The notes: generated from the sequence alone by a model not told the origin. A stretch of 64,000 nucleotides of DNA from a bacterium (GCA_044432745.1 JAWXUH010000001.1:114760-178759), one strand, 5' to 3'; shown: positions 1 to 10,594, counted from the first letter of the stretch. Made by a program: numbers and translations.

Positions 1-705
1 AAAATATTTTTGAGATTTACTCATAATTATAATCATTAACGCAAATCCCATTACTGTAGATAACACTGCTGTTATTGTCAATGTTACATTTGTAATTGAC
101 ATCATCAATAACGATCCGAAGAACAATGTCATAGAAGATACTAATATACCTATACTATTATTTAATGATTGACTTACAGTGTCAACATCATTTGTTACTC
201 TTGATAATACATCTCCAGTAGAAGTTCTTCCAAAATAACTCATTGGAAGTTTATTTATTTTATTTGTTATATCAGTTCTCATTTGTTTTGTTACTTTTTG
301 AGTAACTGTTGCCATAACAAAGCCTTGAAATATCGATAATACATAACTTAGTGCATATATTATCATTAATGTAAATGCTATACTTCCTATTTGTTCTAAA
401 TCTATCGAGATAGATAAACCACTTGTATTCATTTGATTTGCTATAGCAACATTTGCTGCGTATATGTATTCTGATACTCCTGCTGTTATCAATTCAGTTA
501 TACTTGATATTTTATCAGGTCCACTTAATGTACATATTGTTCCTACGAAAGCACTTATTATAGCTATAACTACCCATATTCTATATCTCTTAGAATAGTT
601 CATTAATTTTTTTAAAGTTCCTTTGAAATCATTAGCTTTTTCAAAACCACCTGCGCCAGGTCTACCGGCTGGAGACGAACTTCTCATTCCTGGTTTATTA
701 TTCAT
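1..705 (-). CDS. ABC transporter permease/ATP-binding protein (N-terminal transmembrane part; 3' end truncated by window edge)
   Basis: Reverse-strand ORF starting at the ATG whose complement lies at 703-705. It translates to MNNKPGMRSS... followed by hydrophobic TM helices typical of the ABC exporter transmembrane domain. It overlaps the upstream ABC gene by 8 nt, as expected for a heterodimeric pair. Confidence 0.65.
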   Translation of the reverse strand, partial: MNNKPGMRSSSPAGRPGAGGFEKANDFKGTLKKLMNYSKRYRIWVVIAIISAFVGTICTLSGPDKISSITELITAGVSEYIYAANVAIANQMNTSGLSISIDLEQIGSIAFTLMIIYALSYVLSIFQGFVMATVTQKVTKQMRTDITNKINKLPMSYFGRTSTGDVLSRVTNDVDTVSQSLNNSIGILVSSMTLFFGSLLMMSITNVTLTITAVLSTVMGFALMIIIMSKSQKYF

Positions 706-2458
706 TTTCTAGTTCCTCCTTTGATAATTGTGAAAGAGCTATTTCTTTATATACTTCACATTTCTTTAACAAATCTTTGTGTTTTCCTATACCTACAATT
801 TCACCGTTTTCAAGTACTATTATTTGATCTGCATTTTTAATTGTACCTATTCTTTGAGCTACTATTATTCTAGTACTATCACTACAATTTTCGTTTAAAG
901 CATTTCTTAAATTTCTATCTGTTTTATAATCTAATGCAGAAAATGAATCATCAAATATAAAAATATCTGGTTTTCTATTAATAGCTCTTGCAATACTAAT
1001 TCTTTGTTTTTGTCCACCAGATAAATTTCCACCAGCTTGAGCTATATGCCCATTATACTTATCTTCTAAACCTTCAACAAAATCTTTTGCTTGCGCTATT
1101 TCTATTGATTTTTTTAAATCATTTTTTTCACTTTCTTTTCCATTACATCCGTATGATACATTTGATTCAATTGTACCTGAGAATAATGTTGCTTTCTGTG
1201 ATATATATCCTATTTTATTTCTTAAATCTGATAATTTGTATTCAGTTATATTAATACCTTCTACTAAAACTTCTCCTTTATTAGGATCAAAGAACCTAGG
1301 TATCAAATTAACTATTGTACTTTTACCACAACCAGTTGCACCTATAAAGGCAATTACTTCACCTTTTTTAGCTTTAAATGATATATCTTTTAGTATATAA
1401 TCTTTTCCATCTGGATATTTAAATGAAACATTTTTAAATTCTATTTCACCTTTTTTATCTTTATTACCTTCTGTTCCTTTTCCATCTACGATTGAAACTT
1501 CAGTACATAATACTTCATTTATTCTTTTAGCTGATACTGCTGATCTAGGTAACATAATAAATACCATTACTAGTATCATAAATGATATTATAATTTGCAT
1601 TCCATATGACGTAAATACGATCATATCTGAAAATAATACTTCAACTGTTGTTAAATTTGCATTACTTATTAAATATGCACCAATGAAATATATTGATAAT
1701 ACTAAGAAACTATTTACTGCTTGTATACTAGGCATAATTACAGATAACGTTCTATTTGCAAACAAATTTGTAGACGTTAAATTATTATTACATTCTAAGA
1801 ATTTGTTATATTGATATTCTTCTGCATTATATGCTCTAATAACACTTAATCCTGTTAAATGCTCTCTTGTTACTCTATTTATATCATCAGTAAGTGCTTG
1901 TATTTTTTTAAATTTTGGTATTACTAAGAATAAACATACTCCAACTATTGTTAATAATACTAATACTGATACTCCAACGGCACCAGACCATGTTAAATTT
2001 TTATTTAGTATTTTACTTACAGCCCAAATTGACATTGTTGGTGCCTTTATCATAGCTTGTAATCCCATTATAATTAATATTTGAACTTGTGTAACGTCGT
2101 TAGTTGTTCTTGTTATTAAACTTGACGTTGAAAACTTATTAATCTCTGCATTAGAAAATGATTGTACTTTTTCAAATATTTCTTTTCTTAATCTTGCAGA
2201 AAAATTAGATGCAATCTTAGCTGCTATTACTGATACAAATACCGCTAGAATTAAACTAGCCACTGCACAACCTATCATCTTACTTCCTGCTAACATTACT
2301 TCATTTAATGCATCCGAACCACTACTAATTAGCATAGTTATTTCAGACATATAATCAGGTAATAATAATTCTAAATGTACTTGAAACATTATTAATACAA
2401 CAACTATTAAAGATAATAACCATTCTGTTTTAGTTAGATATTTTAATATTTTAATCAT
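698..2458 (-). CDS. ABC transporter ATP-binding/permease protein (exporter type, TMD-NBD fusion)
   Basis: 586 aa. N-terminal six TM helices. Walker A GATGCGKST, ABC signature LSGGQKQR and Walker B IFIFDD are all present. Confidence 0.85.
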   Translation of the reverse strand: MIKILKYLTKTEWLLSLIVVVLIMFQVHLELLLPDYMSEITMLISSGSDALNEVMLAGSKMIGCAVASLILAVFVSVIAAKIASNFSARLRKEIFEKVQSFSNAEINKFSTSSLITRTTNDVTQVQILIIMGLQAMIKAPTMSIWAVSKILNKNLTWSGAVGVSVLVLLTIVGVCLFLVIPKFKKIQALTDDINRVTREHLTGLSVIRAYNAEEYQYNKFLECNNNLTSTNLFANRTLSVIMPSIQAVNSFLVLSIYFIGAYLISNANLTTVEVLFSDMIVFTSYGMQIIISFMILVMVFIMLPRSAVSAKRINEVLCTEVSIVDGKGTEGNKDKKGEIEFKNVSFKYPDGKDYILKDISFKAKKGEVIAFIGATGCGKSTIVNLIPRFFDPNKGEVLVEGINITEYKLSDLRNKIGYISQKATLFSGTIESNVSYGCNGKESEKNDLKKSIEIAQAKDFVEGLEDKYNGHIAQAGGNLSGGQKQRISIARAINRKPDIFIFDDSFSALDYKTDRNLRNALNENCSDSTRIIVAQRIGTIKNADQIIVLENGEIVGIGKHKDLLKKCEVYKEIALSQLSKEELENE

Positions 2459-3926
2459 TTAGACTCTCCTTCTTTTTTTCTTCTTTTTCTTTAACTTTTA
2501 ATGACTCTTTAATTTTTCTTTTTGCATAACTAGTATGTGCTTTTTCTATCCATTCTTTTTTATCAATGTTGGAATCATCTGTTACAATTTTTATTCTATC
2601 CTTATTTTTAAGAACATAGTCAATATCTACTGGATGATCATTTACAACTGCAGATACCATCTTAGTTCCAATTTCTGTATGCATCTTGAACGCAAAATCA
2701 ATTGGTGTAGATCCTTTTGGAAGTTCTACTATTTCTCCAGATGGTGAATAAACATATATCTTATCATTAAGAACTTCATCTTTTACCAAATTTACAAATT
2801 GGTAATTATCTCCAAATGCATTGTCTAAATCCTCTAATACACTAAAGAATTGATAATTTTCTATTAAGTCTTTTTGCATTAAGTTAGTTGCTTTGTTTTT
2901 ATTTCTTTCCCAGTATGATACTAAACCATAACAATCTGTCATATCCATTTCAAATGTACGTATTTGTACTTGCATTAAGTATCCGTCCATCCCAAATATT
3001 GTTGTATGTAAAGATTTATACATATTTGTTTTTGGATTAGAGATATAATCTTTGAATTTATGATTAACTGGATAGTATACACTATGAATTGTTCCTAATG
3101 CCTTATAACAATCCATTATAGTTGGCACTGTTACTACAAGTGATCTTATATTATGTATCTCTTCAAATTTGTAACCTTTATTTAACCTCTTATTTATACC
3201 CGTTAAACTAAGTTCTCTTATAACTAATTTAAATTTTATTTTTTCTGCTTTTAATTTATTTCCTATAGTATTTGTTATAAGTTCAATATTTTCGGCATTC
3301 TTTTCAAAAGATTCATTTTTTAAATCTTTTATTTTTTTATATTTTTCTTTATCTAAATACTTGAAAGAAAGATCTTCTAGTTCTTCTTTTATTAAATATG
3401 CTCCTATATGATATGCTAGTGGTACAAATATTTCCATTGTCTCTACTGCATTTTTCACTTGTTTCTCCGGCTTTTTAAACTCTAAAGTTTTCATATTATG
3501 AAGTCTATCAGCAAGTTTAATAACTATTATCCTTATATCATTTTTAATACTAGTTATAATCTTTCTAGTATTTTCCATTATAATATCTTCTTCATTTACA
3601 AAGTGAATATTACTTATTTTTGTTACACCTAATACCAAATTACATACTTCTTCTCCAAACTCGGCTGTTAGTTCTTCTTTCGTAACTGGAGTATCCTCTA
3701 GAACATCATGCAGCAACCCTGCACACACTGTCTTCTCATCAGCCTTCATAGTTGCTAGTATGTACGCTACATTTAGCGGATGAATTATATATTCTTCTCC
3801 ACTTTGCCTTTTTTGGCCTTCATGAAATTTTTCTGCATAAAAATACGCTTTCTTTATTATATCCTTATTTCTTTTATTGTATTTATTAATTTCTTTTAAT
3901 AAATCTTCTAACTTTAACTCATTCAT
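2451..3926 (-). CDS. rel: RelA/SpoT-family (p)ppGpp hydrolase/synthetase homolog, short form (HD + synthetase-like + TGS, no ACT/zinc-finger C-terminal region)
   Basis: 491 aa. HD motif HPLNVAYIL...LLHDVLEDT. Synthetase-like region DYISNPKTNMYKSLHTTIFG...QVQIRTFEMD. TGS-like IYVYSPSGEIVELPKGSTPIDFAF. The protein ends ~60 aa after the TGS domain. Confidence 0.8.
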   Translation of the reverse strand: MNELKLEDLLKEINKYNKRNKDIIKKAYFYAEKFHEGQKRQSGEEYIIHPLNVAYILATMKADEKTVCAGLLHDVLEDTPVTKEELTAEFGEEVCNLVLGVTKISNIHFVNEEDIIMENTRKIITSIKNDIRIIVIKLADRLHNMKTLEFKKPEKQVKNAVETMEIFVPLAYHIGAYLIKEELEDLSFKYLDKEKYKKIKDLKNESFEKNAENIELITNTIGNKLKAEKIKFKLVIRELSLTGINKRLNKGYKFEEIHNIRSLVVTVPTIMDCYKALGTIHSVYYPVNHKFKDYISNPKTNMYKSLHTTIFGMDGYLMQVQIRTFEMDMTDCYGLVSYWERNKNKATNLMQKDLIENYQFFSVLEDLDNAFGDNYQFVNLVKDEVLNDKIYVYSPSGEIVELPKGSTPIDFAFKMHTEIGTKMVSAVVNDHPVDIDYVLKNKDRIKIVTDDSNIDKKEWIEKAHTSYAKRKIKESLKVKEKEEKKKESLND

Positions 3927-3946
3927 TAAATTTCCACCCTTTTCAC

Positions 3947-4666
3947 TTAATCTAATGTAAATTCATAATAATCTTCTGGAAATACCATAAAATCTATATT
4001 ATTATCTTTTGCATACTCTCTTGTTAAATCCCTTATGTGAGTAGCTACCATTTGTTTTTTATATTTTTCATACAATATTTTATTTGTATCTATTCCCATA
4101 TGCGTTTTTGATTCATTTATATGAGAACAATCCGTTATAATTACTTTTGAATTTTCTACTATTTTTTCAACCCCTTGACAAAGGGTTGCATCACCTGTAA
4201 CCCCTAATTTATTGTTAATTACATATCCATTACATGGTTCTTCTTTCCCGTGTAATACTTTATATGCTTTTATTTTATAATCATGAACTATAACTTCTTC
4301 TTCGTCTGCTAATTCAGTTATTTTTATATTATACTTTTCTAAATAATCTCCTTGTTTTATAAAATTAAATGCATTTTCTATTTCTATTATTTTTGAAGAT
4401 ATACCAACTGGACCTATTATATTTATTTTTTTATTCAATCTTAGGTATATATTTATATATACCAAGAAAAACAATATATCTGCTGTATGGTCACCATGCA
4501 TATGAGTTATAATAATCGTTTCTATTTTATTAATGTCATTTCCATTTCTTAAAAACTGCTTTAATGCTCCATTTGGTGTATCTATGATTATTTTCTCATC
4601 TACTAATACAGATGCACTATTATATATAGTATATACTGCACCAGTACCTAACATTTTTACCTTCAT
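3947..4666 (-). CDS. MBL-fold metallo-hydrolase
   Basis: 239 aa with metallo-beta-lactamase motif ITHMHGDHTADI (HxHxDH). Confidence 0.7.
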   Translation of the reverse strand: MKVKMLGTGAVYTIYNSASVLVDEKIIIDTPNGALKQFLRNGNDINKIETIIITHMHGDHTADILFFLVYINIYLRLNKKINIIGPVGISSKIIEIENAFNFIKQGDYLEKYNIKITELADEEEVIVHDYKIKAYKVLHGKEEPCNGYVINNKLGVTGDATLCQGVEKIVENSKVIITDCSHINESKTHMGIDTNKILYEKYKKQMVATHIRDLTREYAKDNNIDFMVFPEDYYEFTLD

Positions 4667-4690
4667 TTTTTTAACTTCCTTGGATATTTA

Positions 4691-5869
4691 TTATAAAGCA
4701 TTAGTTATTATATTTATAATATCATCTCTATCTAATTTCTTTACTGTTCCTATAGTTACATTATTGTAATTTGTAGCTTTATCTGCCATTAATATTATTT
4801 CTTCTTCACTAGGTTTTACTCCTAATTTTTTTATTGTTATAGGCATTTCTATTTCTTCAAAGAATTTTTCTATCTCATCTATTGCTAAATTAGCATTTTT
4901 AAGTTGATCTCCTGTATCTTTAATATCTAGTACTGTTAAACCCATTTTTTCAAATCTATGAGGTATAACTTCTACTACATATCTTGCCCATGATGCCCAA
5001 ACTGCTGCCAAACCTGCTCCATGCGCAACATCATATAGTCCACCTATTTCGTGTTCTATTTTGTGAGTTGACCAATCTCCTTTGTTATTTCCACAATTCA
5101 TTAAACCATTATGTGATAAACTACCTGCCCACATAATATTCCATCTTGCTTCCATATTGTTAGTATCACTTTTTAGAACTTTTCCGTATTTAATTACTGT
5201 TCTTAAAAGACCTTCTGCTAACGCATCTGTTAGTTCTAAATTTTCAACTGTATTGAAATATCTTTCCATTGTGTGCATCATTATATCAGTAACTCCACAA
5301 AATGTTTGATAATCTGGAAGCGATAACGTTAATGATGGATCTAATATAGAAAATTTACATATTGCTCCTTCAAAATTTATACTTCTTTTTAATAATGATT
5401 CATCATGAGTTATTACCGAAGATGTACTCATTTCACTTCCTGCTGCTGGTATTGTTAATATACAACCTACCGGTATACATGCTTCTATTGTTCTTTTTCC
5501 TTCAAAGAAATCCCAAACATCTCCTCCAGCTTTTATACCAACTCCAATAGCCTTAGCAGTATCTATAACACTACCTCCACCTATTGCTAATATAAAGTCA
5601 ATTTCTTCTTTTTTTCCTAATTCTATTCCTTCATTAACTTTGGATAATAATGGATTTGGCACTACTCCACTTAACATGCAATATTCTATTTCTGCTTTTT
5701 CTATATATTCAACTGCTTTATATAGTAAACCAGATTTTTCAGCACTTTTACCTCCATAAACTATTAATATTTTTTTACAATTTTGTTCTTTTAATGCTTT
5801 TTCTAAATGGATTATTCCATTTTCTTCAAATATAACCTTTGTCGGATTATTATATATAAATGAATTCAT
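4691..5869 (-). CDS. iron-containing alcohol dehydrogenase
   Basis: 392 aa. Fe-ADH family signatures GGGSVIDTAKAIG, plus a NAD-binding GGKS motif near the N-terminus. Confidence 0.8.
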   Translation of the reverse strand: MNSFIYNNPTKVIFEENGIIHLEKALKEQNCKKILIVYGGKSAEKSGLLYKAVEYIEKAEIEYCMLSGVVPNPLLSKVNEGIELGKKEEIDFILAIGGGSVIDTAKAIGVGIKAGGDVWDFFEGKRTIEACIPVGCILTIPAAGSEMSTSSVITHDESLLKRSINFEGAICKFSILDPSLTLSLPDYQTFCGVTDIMMHTMERYFNTVENLELTDALAEGLLRTVIKYGKVLKSDTNNMEARWNIMWAGSLSHNGLMNCGNNKGDWSTHKIEHEIGGLYDVAHGAGLAAVWASWARYVVEVIPHRFEKMGLTVLDIKDTGDQLKNANLAIDEIEKFFEEIEMPITIKKLGVKPSEEEIILMADKATNYNNVTIGTVKKLDRDDIINIITNAL

Positions 5870-6021
5870 TTTTACTCTCTCTTTCCTTTTTTAATTATAG
5901 CATATATAAAATTTTTTTTCATTGCATTTACTTTAACATTGACAAAAGAAAATTAATATTTTATTTTTTTTACTATGTTTTTTATAACAACAATAATACT
6001 GTTCTTATTAAAGAATATAGC

Positions 6022-6052
6022 ATAAAAATAACATTATAATAATTATAATGTT
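6022..6052 (-). terminator. putative rho-independent terminator after gatB (perfect 23-bp AT-rich palindrome followed by a T-tract on the minus strand)
   Basis: aacattataat-a-attataatgtt is a perfect inverted repeat at 6030-6052. The minus strand continues with ATTTTTAT. Confidence 0.4.
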
Positions 6053-6061
6053 ACTTCTTTT

Positions 6062-7519
6062 TTATCTTATATCAAGATTTTTTTGTAATAATTCTTTTGT
6101 TAAAACTGGACTTGCTTTACCTCTTGATTCTTTCATTACTTGTCCTACAAAGTAATCGAATAAATTAGTTTTTCCATTTTTATATGCTTCTATTTGACCT
6201 GCATTATTGTCTAAAATACTTATTATTAGTTTTTCTATTTCATCTTCATCTGTTATTTGTCTATTATTACTATCAATAAATGATGTTGGATTTTTTTCTT
6301 CTTCTAAAACTTTTATAAATATCTCTTTTGCTTGTTTAGTTGATATAGTACTATTTTCTATATTATCTATTATTACTTTTAAGTATTCTGGTGTAAGATA
6401 CATATCTTTTATATTTACTCCAGTTTTATTTAAGTATCCTAATATTTGAGTTAGTACCCAATTACAAGCAACATTTGGTTTAATACCTTTATCAATACAC
6501 ATTTCAAAATAATCAGATACATCTTTTTCTCTTACTAGACTAGTTGCATCTTTAATATTAAATTTATAATCCTCTATATATTTTTTCATTCTTTCATTTG
6601 GAAGAACTGGTATCTCTTTTCTAATATTTTCTATAAATTCGTCTGTTAACTTAATTTTTGGAATATTTGGATCTACAAAATATTTATAATCTATTGCATC
6701 AACTTTTCCACGCATATAAACTGTAGTTCCACTTTCTTCATCCCATCTTCTTGTTTGTTGTTCTATTTGGTCATATGTTCCATCTTCTTTAGCAACTAAC
6801 TGTCTTTTTATTTCATAATTTATACAGTCTCTTACTGCTCCAAATGAATTTACATTTTTTATCTCAACTTTAGTTCCCCAATTACTTGGATTATCTAAAT
6901 CAACACCTATTGGTGCAAGTGATATATTAACGTCACATCTAACTTGACCTTTTTTACTATCTGCTTCACTTATATCTGCATATTGATATATTCTTCTCAT
7001 AGTTTCTAGAAAACTCACTGCTTCTTCTGCATTTCTAAAATCTGGTTCTGTAACTAACTCAAGTAAAGGAACTCCTGCTCTATTATAATCAATTAAACTA
7101 GAATCATCAAAATGATCTAATGATGCTGAATCTTCTTCTAAGTGAATATTATTTATTCTAACTTTTTTCATTTCATTATCACAGTCATATTCTAGTAAAC
7201 CATAAATTCCTACTGGTGCTGGTTTAGTTTCTTGTGTTATTTGATAACCTTTTGGTAAATCTGGATAATAGTAATTTTTACGTTCAAAATATAAAAATTC
7301 TGGTAATTTACATCCTATTATCATACTAGCTTTTAAAGACTTTCTTACTGCCTCTTTATTAACTACTGGAAGTGTTCCTGGAAATGCCATATCAAGTGGT
7401 CTTATATTTGTATTTGCTACATCACTAAAATCATTTGATGCTGAAGAAAATACCTTTGTGTTAGTTTCACTTATTTCACAGTGCATCTCAAGACCAATCA
7501 TTACTGTATATTTATCCAT
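6062..7519 (-). CDS. gatB: Asp-tRNA(Asn)/Glu-tRNA(Gln) amidotransferase subunit B
   Basis: 485 aa. The gatC-gatA-gatB order has abutting/overlapping coordinates. Conserved GatB N-terminus MIGLEMHCEI and a C-terminal YqeY-like tail. Confidence 0.9.
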   Translation of the reverse strand: MDKYTVMIGLEMHCEISETNTKVFSSASNDFSDVANTNIRPLDMAFPGTLPVVNKEAVRKSLKASMIIGCKLPEFLYFERKNYYYPDLPKGYQITQETKPAPVGIYGLLEYDCDNEMKKVRINNIHLEEDSASLDHFDDSSLIDYNRAGVPLLELVTEPDFRNAEEAVSFLETMRRIYQYADISEADSKKGQVRCDVNISLAPIGVDLDNPSNWGTKVEIKNVNSFGAVRDCINYEIKRQLVAKEDGTYDQIEQQTRRWDEESGTTVYMRGKVDAIDYKYFVDPNIPKIKLTDEFIENIRKEIPVLPNERMKKYIEDYKFNIKDATSLVREKDVSDYFEMCIDKGIKPNVACNWVLTQILGYLNKTGVNIKDMYLTPEYLKVIIDNIENSTISTKQAKEIFIKVLEEEKNPTSFIDSNNRQITDEDEIEKLIISILDNNAGQIEAYKNGKTNLFDYFVGQVMKESRGKASPVLTKELLQKNLDIR

Positions 7520-8976
7520 TATTCACTCACCTTTGCTATTTGGTTTTTATAATCCATTTTACTTTCTAATGCCAATGCTAAATTTAATGCAGTGCTATCT
7601 TCATAACAATTACATGTTATGTTAATACCTACTGGCATATTATCAATAAAACCATTTGGTATTGTTATAGATGGAAAACCACCAAAATTACCAATTTGTA
7701 AATGTTCTTCTAATGCAAGTGATGACTTATCTTTTAAATCACTACATTCATTTAATTTTTTTGCTGGTCCACTTGATACAGGTAAAACTACTGCATCATA
7801 TTTATCGTAAAGTTTTTTCCAATTATCTACTAATAATCTTCTTACTCTTTGTGCATTATGGAAATATTTTTCCTTATTTTTAGCTTGAAGTACATACGAA
7901 CCTATTACGAATCTTCTTTTTATTAATGGCGAAAAACCTTTTGTTCTATAGTCTTTCATCATATCAATGTAATTTTCACTTTCGCTTCTTGGTCCAAAAG
8001 ATATACCTGTTAAATTAGACATATTACTTGTAGCCTCAGCACAACTTATTACTGAATATACACTACTTACTGCATTTAATAATTTCATATCTACTGTTTC
8101 TTCTACTACTGTGATACCCAAGTTTCTATAAATATCTAAAGTTTTATGGAAATTTTCTAAATGTTCTATTAAATTTTTATCAGCATTATCATAATTAGAT
8201 ATATCACACAATTCTTTTATATAACAAATTTTCTTTGTACTTACTTCAGTACTAAGCTCTTTATATAAATTCATTTCTGAACTATCATAACTAGTCATAT
8301 CTAGAGGATCTATACCTTTCATAGCATCAACTACAATAGCTGCATCTTCTACGTTTCTAGTAAAAACTCCTAACGTATCTAAACTAGATGCAAAGGCAAA
8401 TAATCCATGTCTTGAAATCAAACCATATGTAGGTTTGTATCCAACTATACCACAATATGCTGCGGGTTTTCTTATAGAGTCTCCTGTATCTGATCCAGTT
8501 GCAAATGGATATACTCCAGCTGCTACTGCTGCTGCAGAACCTGCTGATGAACCTGCACACATGTATTCAGTATTCCAAGGATTTTTCACACTACCTGTGT
8601 GACCTGTTGTTCCTGTTCCACCCATTCCAAATTCGTCCATTACTGTTTTATTTACATATACAGCTCCTGCTTTTTTTAAATTACTTACACTAGTAGCATC
8701 AAAAAATGGTACATAATCTTTTAATGTATTTGATGAACCTGTACTAAGAACACCTTTTGTACTATAATTATCTTTTAAACCATAAGGAATTCCAGATAAT
8801 AAACTTTCTACTACCGGAACTTCTTTTGCATCTTCACATATAGTTACGAATGCGTTACATTTCTCATTAACAATTTTACTCATTTCTAGAGATTCTTTTA
8901 TTAAGTCTTGAGAAGATACTTCCTTTTTATTTAATAATTCATGAAGCTCTACTATACTTTTATTCATATATTTCAT
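7519..8976 (-). CDS. gatA: Asp-tRNA(Asn)/Glu-tRNA(Gln) amidotransferase subunit A (amidase signature family)
   Basis: 485 aa. Amidase signature GGSSGGS-like stretch AGSSAGSAAAVAAG, with catalytic Ser/Lys context. Located between gatC and gatB. Confidence 0.9.
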   Translation of the reverse strand: MKYMNKSIVELHELLNKKEVSSQDLIKESLEMSKIVNEKCNAFVTICEDAKEVPVVESLLSGIPYGLKDNYSTKGVLSTGSSNTLKDYVPFFDATSVSNLKKAGAVYVNKTVMDEFGMGGTGTTGHTGSVKNPWNTEYMCAGSSAGSAAAVAAGVYPFATGSDTGDSIRKPAAYCGIVGYKPTYGLISRHGLFAFASSLDTLGVFTRNVEDAAIVVDAMKGIDPLDMTSYDSSEMNLYKELSTEVSTKKICYIKELCDISNYDNADKNLIEHLENFHKTLDIYRNLGITVVEETVDMKLLNAVSSVYSVISCAEATSNMSNLTGISFGPRSESENYIDMMKDYRTKGFSPLIKRRFVIGSYVLQAKNKEKYFHNAQRVRRLLVDNWKKLYDKYDAVVLPVSSGPAKKLNECSDLKDKSSLALEEHLQIGNFGGFPSITIPNGFIDNMPVGINITCNCYEDSTALNLALALESKMDYKNQIAKVSE

Positions 8977-9269
8977 TATTGAACCACCTTTGGAACTTCT
9001 ACTTCCCTTGCACTATAACAATCACAATTACTTAAAAGTTCATCTATTTCTATTGATGTCTCTATTACATCTTCTCTTAATTCACATGAGAAATTATCAA
9101 TTGGATGAGTCATTGGAATTACTTCACTCAAATTTTCTATATTATTTATAATGTCAATATTTTGATCTATTATATTAAACTCATCTAATACCATTTTATT
9201 TTCTTCTTCTGATAAACCTATTAATAATTTTTCTGCATAATCATCTACCATTTCTTTAGTAAATTTCAT
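8976..9269 (-). CDS. gatC: Asp-tRNA(Asn)/Glu-tRNA(Gln) amidotransferase subunit C
   Basis: 97 aa acidic small protein immediately upstream of gatA, sharing a stop/start base with it. Confidence 0.75.
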   Translation of the reverse strand: MKFTKEMVDDYAEKLLIGLSEEENKMVLDEFNIIDQNIDIINNIENLSEVIPMTHPIDNFSCELREDVIETSIEIDELLSNCDCYSAREVEVPKVVQ

Positions 9270-9286
9270 ATTTTATTCTTCCTTCC

Positions 9287-10537
9287 TTACATTTTTTCGT
9301 ATAAATATTCTAAAACTTCACTTTCGTCTACTTTTTCTTCTGTTTTTAATAAATTATCCTTGATTGTAACAAGACCTTTTTTTAAATCTTCATCATTTAA
9401 TAATATTAAGAAATCTGATCCTAATTTATCAGCCATTTTAAATTGAGATTTTAAACTTGCTTCATTGAAGCACATTTCACTACCAACTCCACATTCTCTT
9501 AAATTGTGAAGTAATTTTAAACCAAAAAACTTTTCTTCTGAACTAATTGCCAATATGAATGTTTCTAATTTATTTACTTCTGCTAATTCTTGTTCTTTTA
9601 TTTTAATAATTAATCTTTCAATTCCAAGGGCATATCCAGTAGCTGGCATTTGTGGTCCACCTAGATTTTCAACTAAATTGTCGTATCTACCTCCACCACC
9701 TAAAACTAGGCCATCTTCTGTAGTAAATTCATATACAAAGTCTGTATAATAATCTAATCCTCTTACTATATTAGTATCTACTATAAAATCTACTTCTAAT
9801 TCAGTTAAGTAATTTTTTAAATTATTAAATCTTATTTTAGCATTTTCACTTAGATAATCATTTATGTTTGGTAAACCTTTGAACACTTCACTATCCTTGT
9901 CTACTTTGCAATCTAATATTCTTAATGGATTATTTTCAAATCTTTTTTGACAATCACTACATAAATCATTTAAAAATGGTTTGATGTATTCTTTTAGTGC
10001 TGCTATATATTTTTCTCTTGTTTCACTATCACCTAGCGTATTAAGTCTTACAGTTGCATCTATTCTTAAGTCATTAAGTATTTTTGCTCCACTTGCTATA
10101 ACTTCAGCATCTACTAGTTCATTACTACAATTAAACACTTCTAAACCAAACTGAGTAAATTCTCTATTTCTTCCAGTTTGAGGTCTTTCATATCTATACA
10201 TTGTTCCAAAATAATACAATTTAACACTATTTGTCTCGTTTGCATAAATTTTGTTTTCTATTAAGCTTCTTACTATACTTGCTGTATTTTCTGGTCTTAA
10301 CGTTAACTTCCTATCTGATCTATCTGTAAAATCGTAAGTTTCCTTTGAAACTATATCACTTGTTTCACCTACTGATCTGTGAAATAGCTCACTTGCCTCA
10401 AATATTGGTGTACGTATATACGATGCATTCATCAATTCCATATTATTATTTATTATATTTTGTATTGTAATATATATTTTTGAATCTTCACCATAAACGT
10501 CATAACATCCTTTTGGTTTAGTTATCATAATTATCAT
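9287..10537 (-). CDS. hisS: histidine--tRNA ligase
   Basis: 416 aa class II aaRS. Motif 3 GGGGRYDNL is present, with a C-terminal anticodon-binding domain. Ends 17 nt before gatC. Confidence 0.85.
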   Translation of the reverse strand: MIIMITKPKGCYDVYGEDSKIYITIQNIINNNMELMNASYIRTPIFEASELFHRSVGETSDIVSKETYDFTDRSDRKLTLRPENTASIVRSLIENKIYANETNSVKLYYFGTMYRYERPQTGRNREFTQFGLEVFNCSNELVDAEVIASGAKILNDLRIDATVRLNTLGDSETREKYIAALKEYIKPFLNDLCSDCQKRFENNPLRILDCKVDKDSEVFKGLPNINDYLSENAKIRFNNLKNYLTELEVDFIVDTNIVRGLDYYTDFVYEFTTEDGLVLGGGGRYDNLVENLGGPQMPATGYALGIERLIIKIKEQELAEVNKLETFILAISSEEKFFGLKLLHNLRECGVGSEMCFNEASLKSQFKMADKLGSDFLILLNDEDLKKGLVTIKDNLLKTEEKVDESEVLEYLYEKM

Positions 10538-10594
10538 TTCCTTCCTTATTTAAACTATAAGTATATTACCATAAAAAAAAAGTTTTATAAAGTA

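Noticed and set aside
2535-2747. Numerous 60-130-aa plus-strand ORFs from the six-frame track lie nested antisense inside minus-strand genes. Examples: 2535..2747, 4533..4769, 36903..37292 inside rpoB, 46548..46892 and 47628..48299 inside dnaK, 62128..62340 inside ftsK.
   Set aside because: They have low-complexity Phe/Leu/Ile/Ser-rich translations typical of AT-rich antisense frames, and no RBS. They sit fully inside well-supported conserved genes.
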